Shown here piece by piece: positions 9,844 through 19,154 of a stretch of 64,000 bases of DNA. Every line of letters starts with the position of its first letter. The stretch's first letter is position 1. The position numbers and the translations under genes were made by a program. This DNA comes from a virus (lineage: Duplodnaviria; Heunggongvirae; Uroviricota; Caudoviricetes). The stretch is from the IMG/VR virus record IMGVR_UViG_3300049489_000540. One strand, given 5' to 3'. The notes under the pieces are model-generated. The model did no database searches, was not told where the DNA came from, and saw only the letters and a program-made list of their open reading frames with translations.

Positions 9844-11991
9844 TTACTTAAGTCCGTTCGCAGCATCGACTAGCATGATGTAGTTGAGCAGGTCTTTCGT
9901 GGCGACCTTATCTAGCGTAAGGTACTTCATCATGGGATAGGTGCTGGTGACTTGATTGTGGAAGCGCACAACCTCATGTTGGGGGGTGGTCGTTTCATTG
10001 ATCACCTTCACCCTCTTGAGGTTTGCAATGGCTGCGGTGCAGCACGAACCATCCACATACAGCGTACCCAGCGCCAACTTATTCTGCTTGAATTTGATAA
10101 CAGCCTCCAGCCACAGCCGCATGGGCGAATCGGCATGAAGAGCATTTGGATCAATCTTGATGTATGTGTTGTCAACAGCAGTATCAACACCATTACTTCC
10201 TCTGGTCGCCTGATATGTTTCGATATCATTCATAACATCGTCATTATCAACGATTTCGTGCAGCGGCTTCCAGTTTTTTGGATTCAGAAACTTGACATTA
10301 CCAGGCGCGACACCGACAATCTGAATCTTGAATGCGCTCTGCACATCATGCATACTACGGTTATCCATGGTGCGACCATTTCCGAGAATCGCATTCGAAT
10401 GATCATTCTTTTTATCATACAAGAAGTAATAGCCGTGATCGTCATTATTATCGTAATCGAATTCACCACAGACTTCAAACTTCCGACGCCACGAATTCGA
10501 AGCCTTCCACTTATTGATCGTCTTGGTGGGTCTGACATACTGACCCTTCACCCGCTTTGCCTTGACATATCCGCATGTATCGATATCGAACATGGTCGGA
10601 ATGACTTCTTCCAAGTTATTATCACTCAGGAAGCTATCAACATTGTGTCTAGCACCCTTGAAGATAACCATCTGCTGGTTGCGCCAATTCAGACCCAGCT
10701 TGCTGAACGCAAACTTGATGCATGCGACATCGTAGGTCTTGGAAGTATAGAAAACGGGAATGTTAGCCTTCTTCATGTTGACGAACATTTCGATTTGTGC
10801 GGAATCATACTTCTTGCCACACATCTTGTTGTCATAGTCGATAGCGAAGGTCATGCATGACACGGGCATCTTTTTCTTGTCGTATGCATCACCAAAAGCA
10901 TTGCACTTGGGTGCCGAGACGCTGTATACGATCCTTACACCGTTCCATGTCACATCAGTATGGCTATCAAGCCAATTCGCATCACGCAGCAGCTTGACAT
11001 AATTCCATGCGTCAAGGTAGGTCTTTTGCGAATCGATGATGCGGAACAGATGTTCCTTGATGGTCGCAAGTGCCTCATTGAATCGATTGTTGATCTTGAT
11101 CTTCGCATCATCATCGATCTGGAGCGATTCGCGGTTCAGTGTCGGCAGCAATTCACCGATACCGAAGTGAAGGAAGATATTTCCAGCAAACGCCTTGTTG
11201 TTGATGACACTGGAATGGATGGGATACTTGATGCCGTTCACAACGGCATATAGCTCTGATTCGTAGCATCGGCTTGACATGACGAAATCAAACGCCTCAC
11301 AGCGGTGCATCCAATTGCGCTCAGGATACGTCAGTTCATTTTCAGCAGCACCCGTAATGGTCGGGCGAACCTTCCAGAATTCGGTCTTGGCAAGGACGGC
11401 ATTCCGTACTTCACCGAAATCCTCGGGCTTGACGGGAATGGTGATGGAAGTGCCAGTGTGCTGATCACCCTCGGGATCGGATGAATTCACGATATGCGGC
11501 TCACCGAGTTCAAGCAGCTTGATGGAGAAGTCATCCCGCTTCACCACAGCATAAAGGCGGCGAACCAGATTGTCATCTTCACGAACGACCGTCTTGACGG
11601 TAAACTGATCAGTGTAGGCGAGGGGGATTTTCGAACCGATGCCGAATGTACCATCGCTCTTATCATCCTCACGCTTCGTGGAATTACCAATCAGCACGAA
11701 CACCGTATGCATACGGTGCGGTGAGATACCAATGCCATGGTCGGAAATGATAAGGTTATTGTCGAGTGTGCTTGGCACTTGGATCTGAATAGGAACATCG
11801 GGATTACCAGACTCCACATTCGCATCGCGGGCATTGCTTGCGATTTCCTGCACCATCGTGATTTTCGGATACTGATAAACACTCTTCACAAGGTGATGGA
11901 TGATGATGCGCGGATCACCGACTCCCATATCGGTTTCAACCATTTCACCGCCGCCCACGAACAGGTCATTGATTTTGAGGGACATCTTCAT
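9844..11991 (-). CDS. rIIA: rIIA-like protein with N-terminal GHKL (histidine-kinase-like) ATPase domain
   Basis: 715 aa; GHKL motifs EIASNARDA (N-box), DHGIGIS (G1), GTFGIGSK (G2); IQVP...LD pattern as in T4 rIIA. Confidence 0.9.
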   Translation of the reverse strand: MKMSLKINDLFVGGGEMVETDMGVGDPRIIIHHLVKSVYQYPKITMVQEIASNARDANVESGNPDVPIQIQVPSTLDNNLIISDHGIGISPHRMHTVFVLIGNSTKREDDKSDGTFGIGSKIPLAYTDQFTVKTVVREDDNLVRRLYAVVKRDDFSIKLLELGEPHIVNSSDPEGDQHTGTSITIPVKPEDFGEVRNAVLAKTEFWKVRPTITGAAENELTYPERNWMHRCEAFDFVMSSRCYESELYAVVNGIKYPIHSSVINNKAFAGNIFLHFGIGELLPTLNRESLQIDDDAKIKINNRFNEALATIKEHLFRIIDSQKTYLDAWNYVKLLRDANWLDSHTDVTWNGVRIVYSVSAPKCNAFGDAYDKKKMPVSCMTFAIDYDNKMCGKKYDSAQIEMFVNMKKANIPVFYTSKTYDVACIKFAFSKLGLNWRNQQMVIFKGARHNVDSFLSDNNLEEVIPTMFDIDTCGYVKAKRVKGQYVRPTKTINKWKASNSWRRKFEVCGEFDYDNNDDHGYYFLYDKKNDHSNAILGNGRTMDNRSMHDVQSAFKIQIVGVAPGNVKFLNPKNWKPLHEIVDNDDVMNDIETYQATRGSNGVDTAVDNTYIKIDPNALHADSPMRLWLEAVIKFKQNKLALGTLYVDGSCCTAAIANLKRVKVINETTTPQHEVVRFHNQVTSTYPMMKYLTLDKVATKDLLNYIMLVDAANGLK

Positions 11992-12081
11992 GGTTGTTGT
12001 TCCTTATGCCCGTACATTAGCAGCGTATTCGAAAAATGAAAGAGTATGTGTTGGTTGGTAAGATGCGTGTATCACACAGAC

Positions 12082-12510
12082 TTAGATGCCACCCTTGACC
12101 ATATCAGCGCAAATCTCTAAAGCCATGTCGTATGTCAGCTTATACTTGGTTCTTTTCATCGTCCATGCCTCAAAAATGCCAGTCGGATATAGGAAGATTT
12201 TCCGTTGCATGACCAATTCGCTGATTTCCGACATATGTACTTCATTTAAGTTTTCGTCTTCATTGATTTTAAGATACTCGTAAATATCAGAACCCATTAA
12301 AACATTAAATTCGCCTGGATTGAATGCGAAGAATTCAATCAAATGATGTGTTAGAATCTCGGTATCAAGAAAACGTTTATGGGCGATGATCATGGTAGCC
12401 AAATAATCTGTATCTGGAACACCATCTCTATCAGACAGACTAAAATCTTTCCGCCGCCGCCTATGAACAGCTTCAATTTCTTTTTTCAACTTCTTGTGTA
12501 TCAGGTCCAT
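12082..12510 (-). CDS. hypothetical protein
   Basis: 142-aa ORF upstream of rIIA, same strand. Confidence 0.5.
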   Translation of the reverse strand: MDLIHKKLKKEIEAVHRRRRKDFSLSDRDGVPDTDYLATMIIAHKRFLDTEILTHHLIEFFAFNPGEFNVLMGSDIYEYLKINEDENLNEVHMSEISELVMQRKIFLYPTGIFEAWTMKRTKYKLTYDMALEICADMVKGGI

Positions 12511-12932
12511 AAGTATTTTCTCAGTGCTATGAGTCGAGTGAGTTTTTCGTTTTCTATATCATAAGTTTCATACATACCCTTTTTTTGAAACTCAGGATAT
12601 TCCTTTTTCCACCAATCATATAGTGCCATGATTTCTTTTAAATCATTATTTTCTTTTGTAAAACTAACCTCGTCACCAGGAATGGTCGCATCATTCATGT
12701 CACGGAACGGTGGGTTATTATGCCACTCCCCCTCTACAAATTCGACCAGTATGGCGAAACTCGCATGTAGTAATGCATAGTCACGATCACAGAAACCAGG
12801 CTCAAGTGTCGGCACTTTTATAGTATGGTGACTTTCAAACCCCATGATGATGTCTTGTAATTCCTCGCAACGAATTTCCAATTCTTTTATATACAAATCC
12901 TTATTCATGCGACTGACAAGCATATCAGCCAC
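12501..12932 (-). CDS. family-1 protein (motif slightly internal)
   Basis: ...DLYIKELEIRCEELQDIIMGFESHH near N-terminus. Confidence 0.55.
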   Translation of the reverse strand: MADMLVSRMNKDLYIKELEIRCEELQDIIMGFESHHTIKVPTLEPGFCDRDYALLHASFAILVEFVEGEWHNNPPFRDMNDATIPGDEVSFTKENNDLKEIMALYDWWKKEYPEFQKKGMYETYDIENEKLTRLIALRKYLWT

Positions 12933-12956
12933 ATCATAGATATCAAATAAAAGCTT

Positions 12957-13904
12957 TTAGAGCGTCTTTACATGTTGAAACATGGTGTCAATGGTATCAC
13001 TGACATCAAAACGCCGCATGTCTGTCGATGATTTGGCGTATTTCTTTTCAATGGCATCGACATACATGGTGAATTGTCCATCGTCACCCATATAAAAAGA
13101 GTCCCATTCGTCTTGTAAAAGCATACGACGGACTTTGAGTTGCTGAATTGCCAAGTTATCGAACGACACGACTTTAAATTCGCGCCGAATCCACGGCAGC
13201 ATATCGTACATGTCTTTCATGCGCTGATCTACTTCGGCATTGTGATAGGAAGCACCACGCCGAATATCCTTATAGCCCAATATAAGGATCTTGCGTCCAT
13301 ACAGTGGTTCAAGATCCTTTGGATCGACTACGCCGTTGATAACATGGAAAACCACATTATCTGATTCAATGACATTGATCACATCCTTTTTACCAAAGTA
13401 TGAAATACCAAGTCCTCGAATCAGATTCTCACGCATCAGCTTGTTGATGATGGATGGTTTCAAGGAATTTTGATGCATGGTCAAGTTGCACAACACACCT
13501 TGATCCTTCATATCATTCAGAAATTGAAAGATATGGGGATGGAGCATCGGATTTCCACCACCAATAGCTAGCTCTGTGCCTGGTCGTAGAGTCTTGAAGA
13601 ACGGTAGATGTAAATCTCCGTGTTTTCCAGTTGGAACGGAGCCTTCATGACAGAAATGACATGCCTGCTCACACGCATTGGTGATTTTCACATCAATGTT
13701 TTCTGGAAACGCTACATTGAAGTTGCTATCATTTGTCTGACGGATCTTCGTACCATCAGCATAAATCGTAATAACACTGTTTCCGTTTTCGTAGGTACGA
13801 ATGACGGGACTAGTGGTTATCGTTGTCGATAACGATGGTGTACTTCCGATTGAAGATAAGCTCTCCGATGTCATTCTTGAAATCTTCATCGGTTTTTCCT
13901 TCAC
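12957..13904 (-). CDS. radical SAM domain protein
   Basis: CxxxCxxC cluster (NACEQACHFCHEG) and Gly-rich SAM motif AIGGGNP; 315 aa. Confidence 0.7.
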   Translation of the reverse strand: MKEKPMKISRMTSESLSSIGSTPSLSTTITTSPVIRTYENGNSVITIYADGTKIRQTNDSNFNVAFPENIDVKITNACEQACHFCHEGSVPTGKHGDLHLPFFKTLRPGTELAIGGGNPMLHPHIFQFLNDMKDQGVLCNLTMHQNSLKPSIINKLMRENLIRGLGISYFGKKDVINVIESDNVVFHVINGVVDPKDLEPLYGRKILILGYKDIRRGASYHNAEVDQRMKDMYDMLPWIRREFKVVSFDNLAIQQLKVRRMLLQDEWDSFYMGDDGQFTMYVDAIEKKYAKSSTDMRRFDVSDTIDTMFQHVKTL

Positions 13905-14373
13905 TCAAATAGTCGCTTAATGTGTCATGAGATTGGTGGTCAATGTAACCATATGGATGGTAGCCTTGAAGCTTTTGTAAATTGACGCTCAATCCAGTGA
14001 AGTCAGCAACGACTTCCTTTACGAGCCGATACTGGCGATTATTTTCAACATCGCTTATTTCTGGAGTATCATTCATATGACTGATGATACTAGTCACAAC
14101 ATAAGAAAGCTTGGAATCCCACGATTCACATGTGTCTGGACCCCAGCCAAATTCACCACATGTAAGGGTAAATTCTCTGTCTTTTCCCTTGGTCTTGAAC
14201 GAAACATATCCGTCTTGCTCGACACTCATGGAAATGGAATGTACGGAGCTAGAATTTGTTTCAAAAACATTCTTTCTTATAACGGTCTTCATATATGCGT
14301 CCTTTGTAGATAGGATAATAGCACAAGTTTCGGGAAAGTAAACTACTTTTCGCTTAGACGCTTTTCGACCCAT
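13810..14373 (-). CDS. hypothetical protein
   Basis: 187-aa ORF; 3' end overlaps the radical-SAM ORF start region so one of the two boundaries is uncertain. Confidence 0.45.
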   Translation of the reverse strand: MGRKASKRKVVYFPETCAIILSTKDAYMKTVIRKNVFETNSSSVHSISMSVEQDGYVSFKTKGKDREFTLTCGEFGWGPDTCESWDSKLSYVVTSIISHMNDTPEISDVENNRQYRLVKEVVADFTGLSVNLQKLQGYHPYGYIDHQSHDTLSDYLSEGKTDEDFKNDIGELIFNRKYTIVIDNDNH

Positions 14374-14615
14374 GCCATAGCGTCTTTTTTGCTTTTAAAA
14401 TCACTAACTGTCTTACCATCATCAATTTGCATTGTTAAGACGGCTCTCCAGGTTGATGCCTTTATTTTATTAACAAAGGCTACTTTGATTTTATAGATAC
14501 CAAAGTACCACAAGCCATCACCTTCATGCCACTGTAAGTACCAGCGTTCCGTGGTGGCTAGCCGCTCTTGCAATTCCTCGTTATGTTTTTCCAATTCTTC
14601 GCTATATTTTCCCAT
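14343..14615 (-). CDS. family-1 small protein
   Basis: N-term MGKYSEELEKHNEELQERLATTERWYLQW. Confidence 0.65.
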   Translation of the reverse strand: MGKYSEELEKHNEELQERLATTERWYLQWHEGDGLWYFGIYKIKVAFVNKIKASTWRAVLTMQIDDGKTVSDFKSKKDAMAWVEKRLSEK

Positions 14616-14931
14616 TGTTCTCGTTTCTTAGGTAAAGGTCATGTGAAATAACTGAAAAAATAACCGATGGTTTGAGTGTACATGCAAGCATAAAAGCTAA
14701 AAAGATGCGCCAATCACCAGCCACTCTACGGCATTGCTGTATATATCTCCATACGGGTTTGCGTGCCGTCATTGGTGGTATATCATCCTTGAGTTTATAG
14801 GTAATCCAGATGATGTTATCAATAAAATCGTGGACGCCGCGCCGATACACAAACACATACAAGGTCAGAATGATTGGTCCAGTGGATATATAAATGCCGA
14901 TGATAATCAGGAAGCAATATAAAAATATCAT
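14602..14931 (-). CDS. small integral membrane protein
   Basis: 109 aa; N-terminal hydrophobic helices FLYCFLIIIGIYISTGPIILTLYVFV; ATGA overlap with upstream RHH gene. Confidence 0.5.
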   Translation of the reverse strand: MIFLYCFLIIIGIYISTGPIILTLYVFVYRRGVHDFIDNIIWITYKLKDDIPPMTARKPVWRYIQQCRRVAGDWRIFLAFMLACTLKPSVIFSVISHDLYLRNENNGKI

Positions 14932-15071
14932 TTTCTCTTGGTTCGTTTAATGTGTTTGTTTAATAGCTTAACGATTAGAGCATTAAGGGTGATCCGCCGC
15001 TCATGTGCCATCAGCGCCAATTTAAGCAGCAAATCATCGTCAATATCAATCGTTATGGTGACTTGTTTCAT
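14928..15071 (-). CDS. small ribbon-helix-helix (CopG/Arc-like) DNA-binding protein, not in ORF track
   Basis: 47 aa MKQVTITIDIDDDLLLKLALMAHERRITLNALIVKLLNKHIKRTKRK; ATGA overlaps at both ends (15068-15071 and 14928-14931). Confidence 0.55.
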   Translation of the reverse strand: MKQVTITIDIDDDLLLKLALMAHERRITLNALIVKLLNKHIKRTKRK

Positions 15072-15769
15072 TTCACTTTCACCTTCACTTTGTTACTTTT
15101 GACTTTTTTGAAGTAATCGTGTAAAAACTTACTTGCCACAAATTCATCGTCCCACAAGAATGCTGCTGCTGGCGGTGATGTATTATTGTTGAATCCATTT
15201 AGTACATACTGTAAATCCAAATATGCATACGGATATGTATCTACTGAATGTGTATAGATGCACCACTTACTAGAAGTCTTGTGTTTGTGAATGGTAAACG
15301 CATATTTGCTATATGCAGCAGTTGGTTCGATAATCACATAATTCAAGTTAACGATTTTTTTGATATGATCAGCTAACGTAAATGGTTTCTTCTTTTTGTG
15401 CTTCTTCGTCACATCTTCCAATTTCTTGGCTTCAAGAAGATTACCATCCAAAAATTTGAATTGAAGTGTAATTGAACGGGTTACGCGGGAATCACCATTC
15501 TTGTATGTTTTTAATGTCTGGTAATCGTAGATTTCAACGATGCCAGTATGGTTACAAAAGACCCAACGATCAGGCAATGTCGGTGTTACATCCTCATTGG
15601 ATGTTTCCAATCGCATCAATTTACGGGTTGCGCTAATTTTATACTGCCACAGCAAATTTTCTAATGACTTCGTTTGATAGTCGTATTTACTGTATGTATT
15701 AAGCAGCTTTCCCATGTCATCTGCGATGACCAAAGGTGGCTCTATGGTAACTGAATCAAACATACCCAT
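15068..15769 (-). CDS. hypothetical protein
   Basis: 233-aa ORF; Lys-rich tail; translationally coupled to the RHH gene. Confidence 0.5.
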   Translation of the reverse strand: MGMFDSVTIEPPLVIADDMGKLLNTYSKYDYQTKSLENLLWQYKISATRKLMRLETSNEDVTPTLPDRWVFCNHTGIVEIYDYQTLKTYKNGDSRVTRSITLQFKFLDGNLLEAKKLEDVTKKHKKKKPFTLADHIKKIVNLNYVIIEPTAAYSKYAFTIHKHKTSSKWCIYTHSVDTYPYAYLDLQYVLNGFNNNTSPPAAAFLWDDEFVASKFLHDYFKKVKSNKVKVKVK

Positions 15770-15770
15770 G

Positions 15771-16103
15771 TTACTGTATCTCTAAAAATCTTGGTGAAAT
15801 CAACGCAATATCTTCTGGTGTTGGCGGCACACCTTGAGTGATTAGATCGTATTTTTTTAATTCCTTATGAGGAATAACTTCAAGAATATACGAATCGTTT
15901 TCCATTCTTTTCATAAGTACATCACCAGGATACATCTTACAAACAATGAGGTCATCGTCGCAAATATAGATGACTTCTGACGAATGACCACTATCATGGT
16001 GGGTTACCGTATATTCGTCGCTTACAAATTCACTGATATTTTCACTATGTCCAGATATAAACATTTCAGCATCATATGTTTGGTTAGGACGGATCTTAAG
16101 CAT
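15771..16103 (-). CDS. hypothetical protein
   Basis: 110-aa ORF, 1-nt spacing to next gene. Confidence 0.5.
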   Translation of the reverse strand: MLKIRPNQTYDAEMFISGHSENISEFVSDEYTVTHHDSGHSSEVIYICDDDLIVCKMYPGDVLMKRMENDSYILEVIPHKELKKYDLITQGVPPTPEDIALISPRFLEIQ

Positions 16104-16171
16104 GGTCCCAATTCTAGGTGTTTTTTTAATAAGTCAATGAATATTCTACTTGATTATTTTTAGATACTTAT

Positions 16172-16510
16172 ATGATGGTCGCTATGGCAAAGAACGATCC
16201 AGTTGACTCGTCCGATGAATACAAGGTATTTCGAGTACATCTTTTTGACTATAATAGGCTTACCCAGCCACAAAAGAACTTCCTTCAAGAGTATGAAACT
16301 ATTGAGTTTTATCCGAATGGTCGTAAACACGGAAAGAAAATTGATAAAGTGAAAGAGTTACTTGCCAGAAACAAAGAGCGGCTACGCATACAGAAGAAAA
16401 ACAAAAACAAAGAAAGTAACGAAGAATGCATATGCGTCTCGATTATGTTAGAATTAATGGAGCGCATGCTTCTAAAAGATTTTAGGCGCATACACATATC
16501 AGGAAAGTAA
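16172..16510 (+). CDS. hypothetical basic protein
   Basis: 112-aa ORF, Lys/Arg-rich centre. Confidence 0.45.
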   Translation: MMVAMAKNDPVDSSDEYKVFRVHLFDYNRLTQPQKNFLQEYETIEFYPNGRKHGKKIDKVKELLARNKERLRIQKKNKNKESNEECICVSIMLELMERMLLKDFRRIHISGK

Positions 16511-16924
16511 ATGAATCCAAATTTTCAACATGAATTGTTCAGCCAATTTCCACAGTTATATCGGCATCGTATTTTGCCCGATACGGAGTCTCGTATGTGT
16601 GAGGGATTCTGTTGTGGTGATGGCTGGTATAAGCTGCTGTATGGTTTGTCAGAAACCATAGACAGGATCTGTCAACAATATAACTTGCGTGGCGAGACAT
16701 ACCCTACGGTTTTCCAGGTGAAAGAGAAGTATGGTGGTCTGCGTTTCTACATAGATACACACAAGAAAACACCAAAGGCGGCGTACCTTGCCATTCGAGA
16801 AGCCGTACACTATATCGAAATAAAGTCAGAAGAAACATGTGAAGTATGTGGTGCCAAGGGTCGCATTGTCGAAGTCAGGAATTGGATCTTCACCCGATGT
16901 GACCAACACATTCCAGCCGAGTAA
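16511..16924 (+). CDS. hypothetical Cys-rich protein
   Basis: 137 aa; CEGFCCGDGW and CEVCG...RCDQH; abuts previous gene. Confidence 0.5.
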   Translation: MNPNFQHELFSQFPQLYRHRILPDTESRMCEGFCCGDGWYKLLYGLSETIDRICQQYNLRGETYPTVFQVKEKYGGLRFYIDTHKKTPKAAYLAIREAVHYIEIKSEETCEVCGAKGRIVEVRNWIFTRCDQHIPAE

Positions 16925-16927
16925 TAC

Positions 16928-17167
16928 TTACTCAACAGAAATTGATATTTTGAGCTTATTTGTCCCATTAAAAAATACATGTGGGTAAATCAGCATATAG
17001 TCTTGTTTGATGTAGGGTAGTCCAGATTCTTGGGCAAGTATCTGCTGATAGTCAATTTCAGCGTCATATGCCTTTTTACCCATAAGTGCAATGTATGTTT
17101 CTTTATCGACTTTGAAACAAAAACATTCGCCGTCACCAGAAGGTATAGCTTCGAATTTATAATGCAT
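16928..17167 (-). CDS. hypothetical protein
   Basis: 79-aa ORF. Confidence 0.4.
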   Translation of the reverse strand: MHYKFEAIPSGDGECFCFKVDKETYIALMGKKAYDAEIDYQQILAQESGLPYIKQDYMLIYPHVFFNGTNKLKISISVE

Positions 17168-17168
17168 G

Positions 17169-17462
17169 TTAATTCCTTAAGCGAAAAACTTCGCGTTGAT
17201 GATCGAGAGATACTTCGAATTTCGTGCGTTCATCACTTGTCATGGCTACAATCGCATCACCAATAATGACATTGAATATAATCAAATCAACTGGAGTGAT
17301 GAATTTCTCTCGCAGAAGAATATCATAGGCTTCCATGAACAGCAGCTTGGATTTCAACTCATCGGGTTCGTCCAATGACTTCTGTAGACTCTTCACAAAC
17401 ACATCCGGTATACCAGGCTTGGAATACGCTGTAACTATTTTTTGAAGATTATCGTGCCACAT
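17169..17462 (-). CDS. hypothetical protein
   Basis: 97-aa ORF, 1-nt gap to previous. Confidence 0.45.
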   Translation of the reverse strand: MWHDNLQKIVTAYSKPGIPDVFVKSLQKSLDEPDELKSKLLFMEAYDILLREKFITPVDLIIFNVIIGDAIVAMTSDERTKFEVSLDHQREVFRLRN

Positions 17463-17715
17463 TGAAAATACTCACTTGAGAAAAATATCTGCGATCTGGT
17501 CGGTGTGTTAATACAGCATATACATTTGTTCTTCCGTTACCCACAAATTCAAAACCAGGGATGCGTTGAAGGTCGCAAAAATTTTCCAGATGCTTTTCGT
17601 TTTTAAACTTGTATCCCGCGACAACAATAGGACCATCATTTATAAAAATAGTCCAGTCATCAAAATGCTTTTTTAAATCATCTGGTATTGGCGAGTATTT
17701 TGGCTCGGTAACCAT
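17449..17715 (-). CDS. hypothetical protein
   Basis: 88-aa ORF. Confidence 0.45.
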   Translation of the reverse strand: MVTEPKYSPIPDDLKKHFDDWTIFINDGPIVVAGYKFKNEKHLENFCDLQRIPGFEFVGNGRTNVYAVLTHRPDRRYFSQVSIFNVAR

Positions 17716-17750
17716 ACACGAATTATATCTTTGGATTTATAAATGCAATA

Positions 17751-17777
17751 TTGATTTCATAAAACAGTCTATATAAT
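17751..17777 (+). promoter_or_regulatory. sigma70-like promoter TTGATT-N15-TATAAT
   Basis: ttgatttcataaaacagtctatataat; the -10 overlaps the annotated ATG at 17776, so the gene may be translated leaderless from the in-frame GTG at 17785 (MPTYVHELEQ). Confidence 0.4.
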
Positions 17778-18267
17778 GGCTACGGTGCCTACCTATGTTC
17801 ATGAATTGGAGCAGCGAGTTGACGAATTGGAAAATTTGTTAGGTCATCTTTCAAAAAGACACGAAGACTTACAAAATCGATATGCTCTATTAGACGAGTA
17901 TTCAAAGCAATGGTGTGCGTTTCTAAAAGCCGATAATTCATATATAAATTACACACAATTTGAATATCATACAATAAAGGCGGCTAGTTTATGTAATATG
18001 CTGCGAAAGCTCGGTTGTTGGCGAAAGAAAAGTGAGACATTAGCTTTAACCATCGGTAAACGGGGTGTGCCATGTTGGCATGTTATATTTGTGAAAGTGA
18101 GAGATAAAAAAACACGCGACATATGGACATATGAGTTAACTATATTCGGTGATAAAGATGTTACGCCATTACCTAGAAAATATGTAAAAACCGGTGAGGT
18201 ATCATGGAGACAAATTATAGCATGGGCTAAAAAACGTTGGTTAAATCGAGACGGAGTATTACCATGA
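17776..18267 (+). CDS. family-1 protein
   Basis: N-term MATVPTYVHELEQRVDELENLL; ATGA overlap with next gene at 18264-18267. Confidence 0.65.
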   Translation: MATVPTYVHELEQRVDELENLLGHLSKRHEDLQNRYALLDEYSKQWCAFLKADNSYINYTQFEYHTIKAASLCNMLRKLGCWRKKSETLALTIGKRGVPCWHVIFVKVRDKKTRDIWTYELTIFGDKDVTPLPRKYVKTGEVSWRQIIAWAKKRWLNRDGVLP

Positions 18268-18614
18268 CCTACACACATGATCTTGAAAAGCATGTCGAAG
18301 AGTTACAAGAAAAGCTAGCAGAGGCTGAATTGTATATATCGTCAGTTAAAAATTTACATATTCGTTTAAAACCATCTAGTTTCGCATACGGTACAAAAGA
18401 AATTATTGGATATAAATTTATGATTGGACGATTTGAAGTTGGATCTATCTGCCAACATAATAACAAGTCTAAGAGATGGTTTGGAAATTTATATGTTGGA
18501 CAACGATTCTTAGAACTAGGTGGCGGCGCGGTGTATGGTCGTGGTCACAACACACCACAAGAAGCTATGAACGAGCTTGAACAACTGCTATCGTTCAATC
18601 CTTCAGAAGCTTGA
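18264..18614 (+). CDS. family-1 small protein
   Basis: N-term MTYTHDLEKHVEELQEKLAEAELYIS; ATG at 18264 overlaps previous TGA. Confidence 0.7.
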   Translation: MTYTHDLEKHVEELQEKLAEAELYISSVKNLHIRLKPSSFAYGTKEIIGYKFMIGRFEVGSICQHNNKSKRWFGNLYVGQRFLELGGGAVYGRGHNTPQEAMNELEQLLSFNPSEA

Positions 18615-18867
18615 AAAATTCAGTCAACTCTCTGATTTCGCGTTCTTCGCTATGATCACCAGAATCAACCCATTCGATAGTATGGGCTATTTCAGCCACC
18701 TTGCGCATATGATCAACAAATTTTTGCCGCATATCTAGATGCTCTTTCGTATAGCCAGGCGACCAATCACCTTTTTCGGGATTTCTAAAATTGGCTATTT
18801 CATGATCCATTTCGTCACACAATTCCATGACTTTGAAAGATTTATAGTCGTAGTGTCCACCGCTCAT
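18595..18867 (-). CDS. hypothetical acidic protein
   Basis: 90-aa ORF, ATGA overlap with the upstream family-1 gene. Confidence 0.45.
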   Translation of the reverse strand: MSGGHYDYKSFKVMELCDEMDHEIANFRNPEKGDWSPGYTKEHLDMRQKFVDHMRKVAEIAHTIEWVDSGDHSEEREIRELTEFFKLLKD

Positions 18868-19154
18868 ACAAACTCCTTTTCGTATTTCTTTTTATATGTA
18901 TCTTTTACACTGAAAATTTCTTGCATGATTGTAAATGCAGCAAAATTCGCTTGTCTACGAGTTTTTATAAATTTTCCATCTATTAACGACATGGCGATAT
19001 TACAGTGAAATGTCCACGCATAGTCTGGATCTTTATCTAATCGTTCGCATAAATTGATATATGGATTGGACAATTTAGCAAGGGTCGTTTCCGCTTGAGT
19101 CAGTTTCTCTTGCAGTTCTTCAACATGCTGTTCAAGTGACTCGTTATATTTCAT
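18864..19154 (-). CDS. family-1 small protein
   Basis: N-term MKYNESLEQHVEELQEKLTQAETTLAKL. Confidence 0.65.
   Translation of the reverse strand: MKYNESLEQHVEELQEKLTQAETTLAKLSNPYINLCERLDKDPDYAWTFHCNIAMSLIDGKFIKTRRQANFAAFTIMQEIFSVKDTYKKKYEKEFV

Noticed and set aside
8842-9873. 343-aa + strand ORF
   Set aside because: It is antisense to the well-supported rIIB-like gene and Arg-rich, which is typical of a GC-rich antisense frame. It is spurious.
9952-10860. 302-aa + strand ORF
   Set aside because: It is antisense to rIIA and has no start context. It is spurious.
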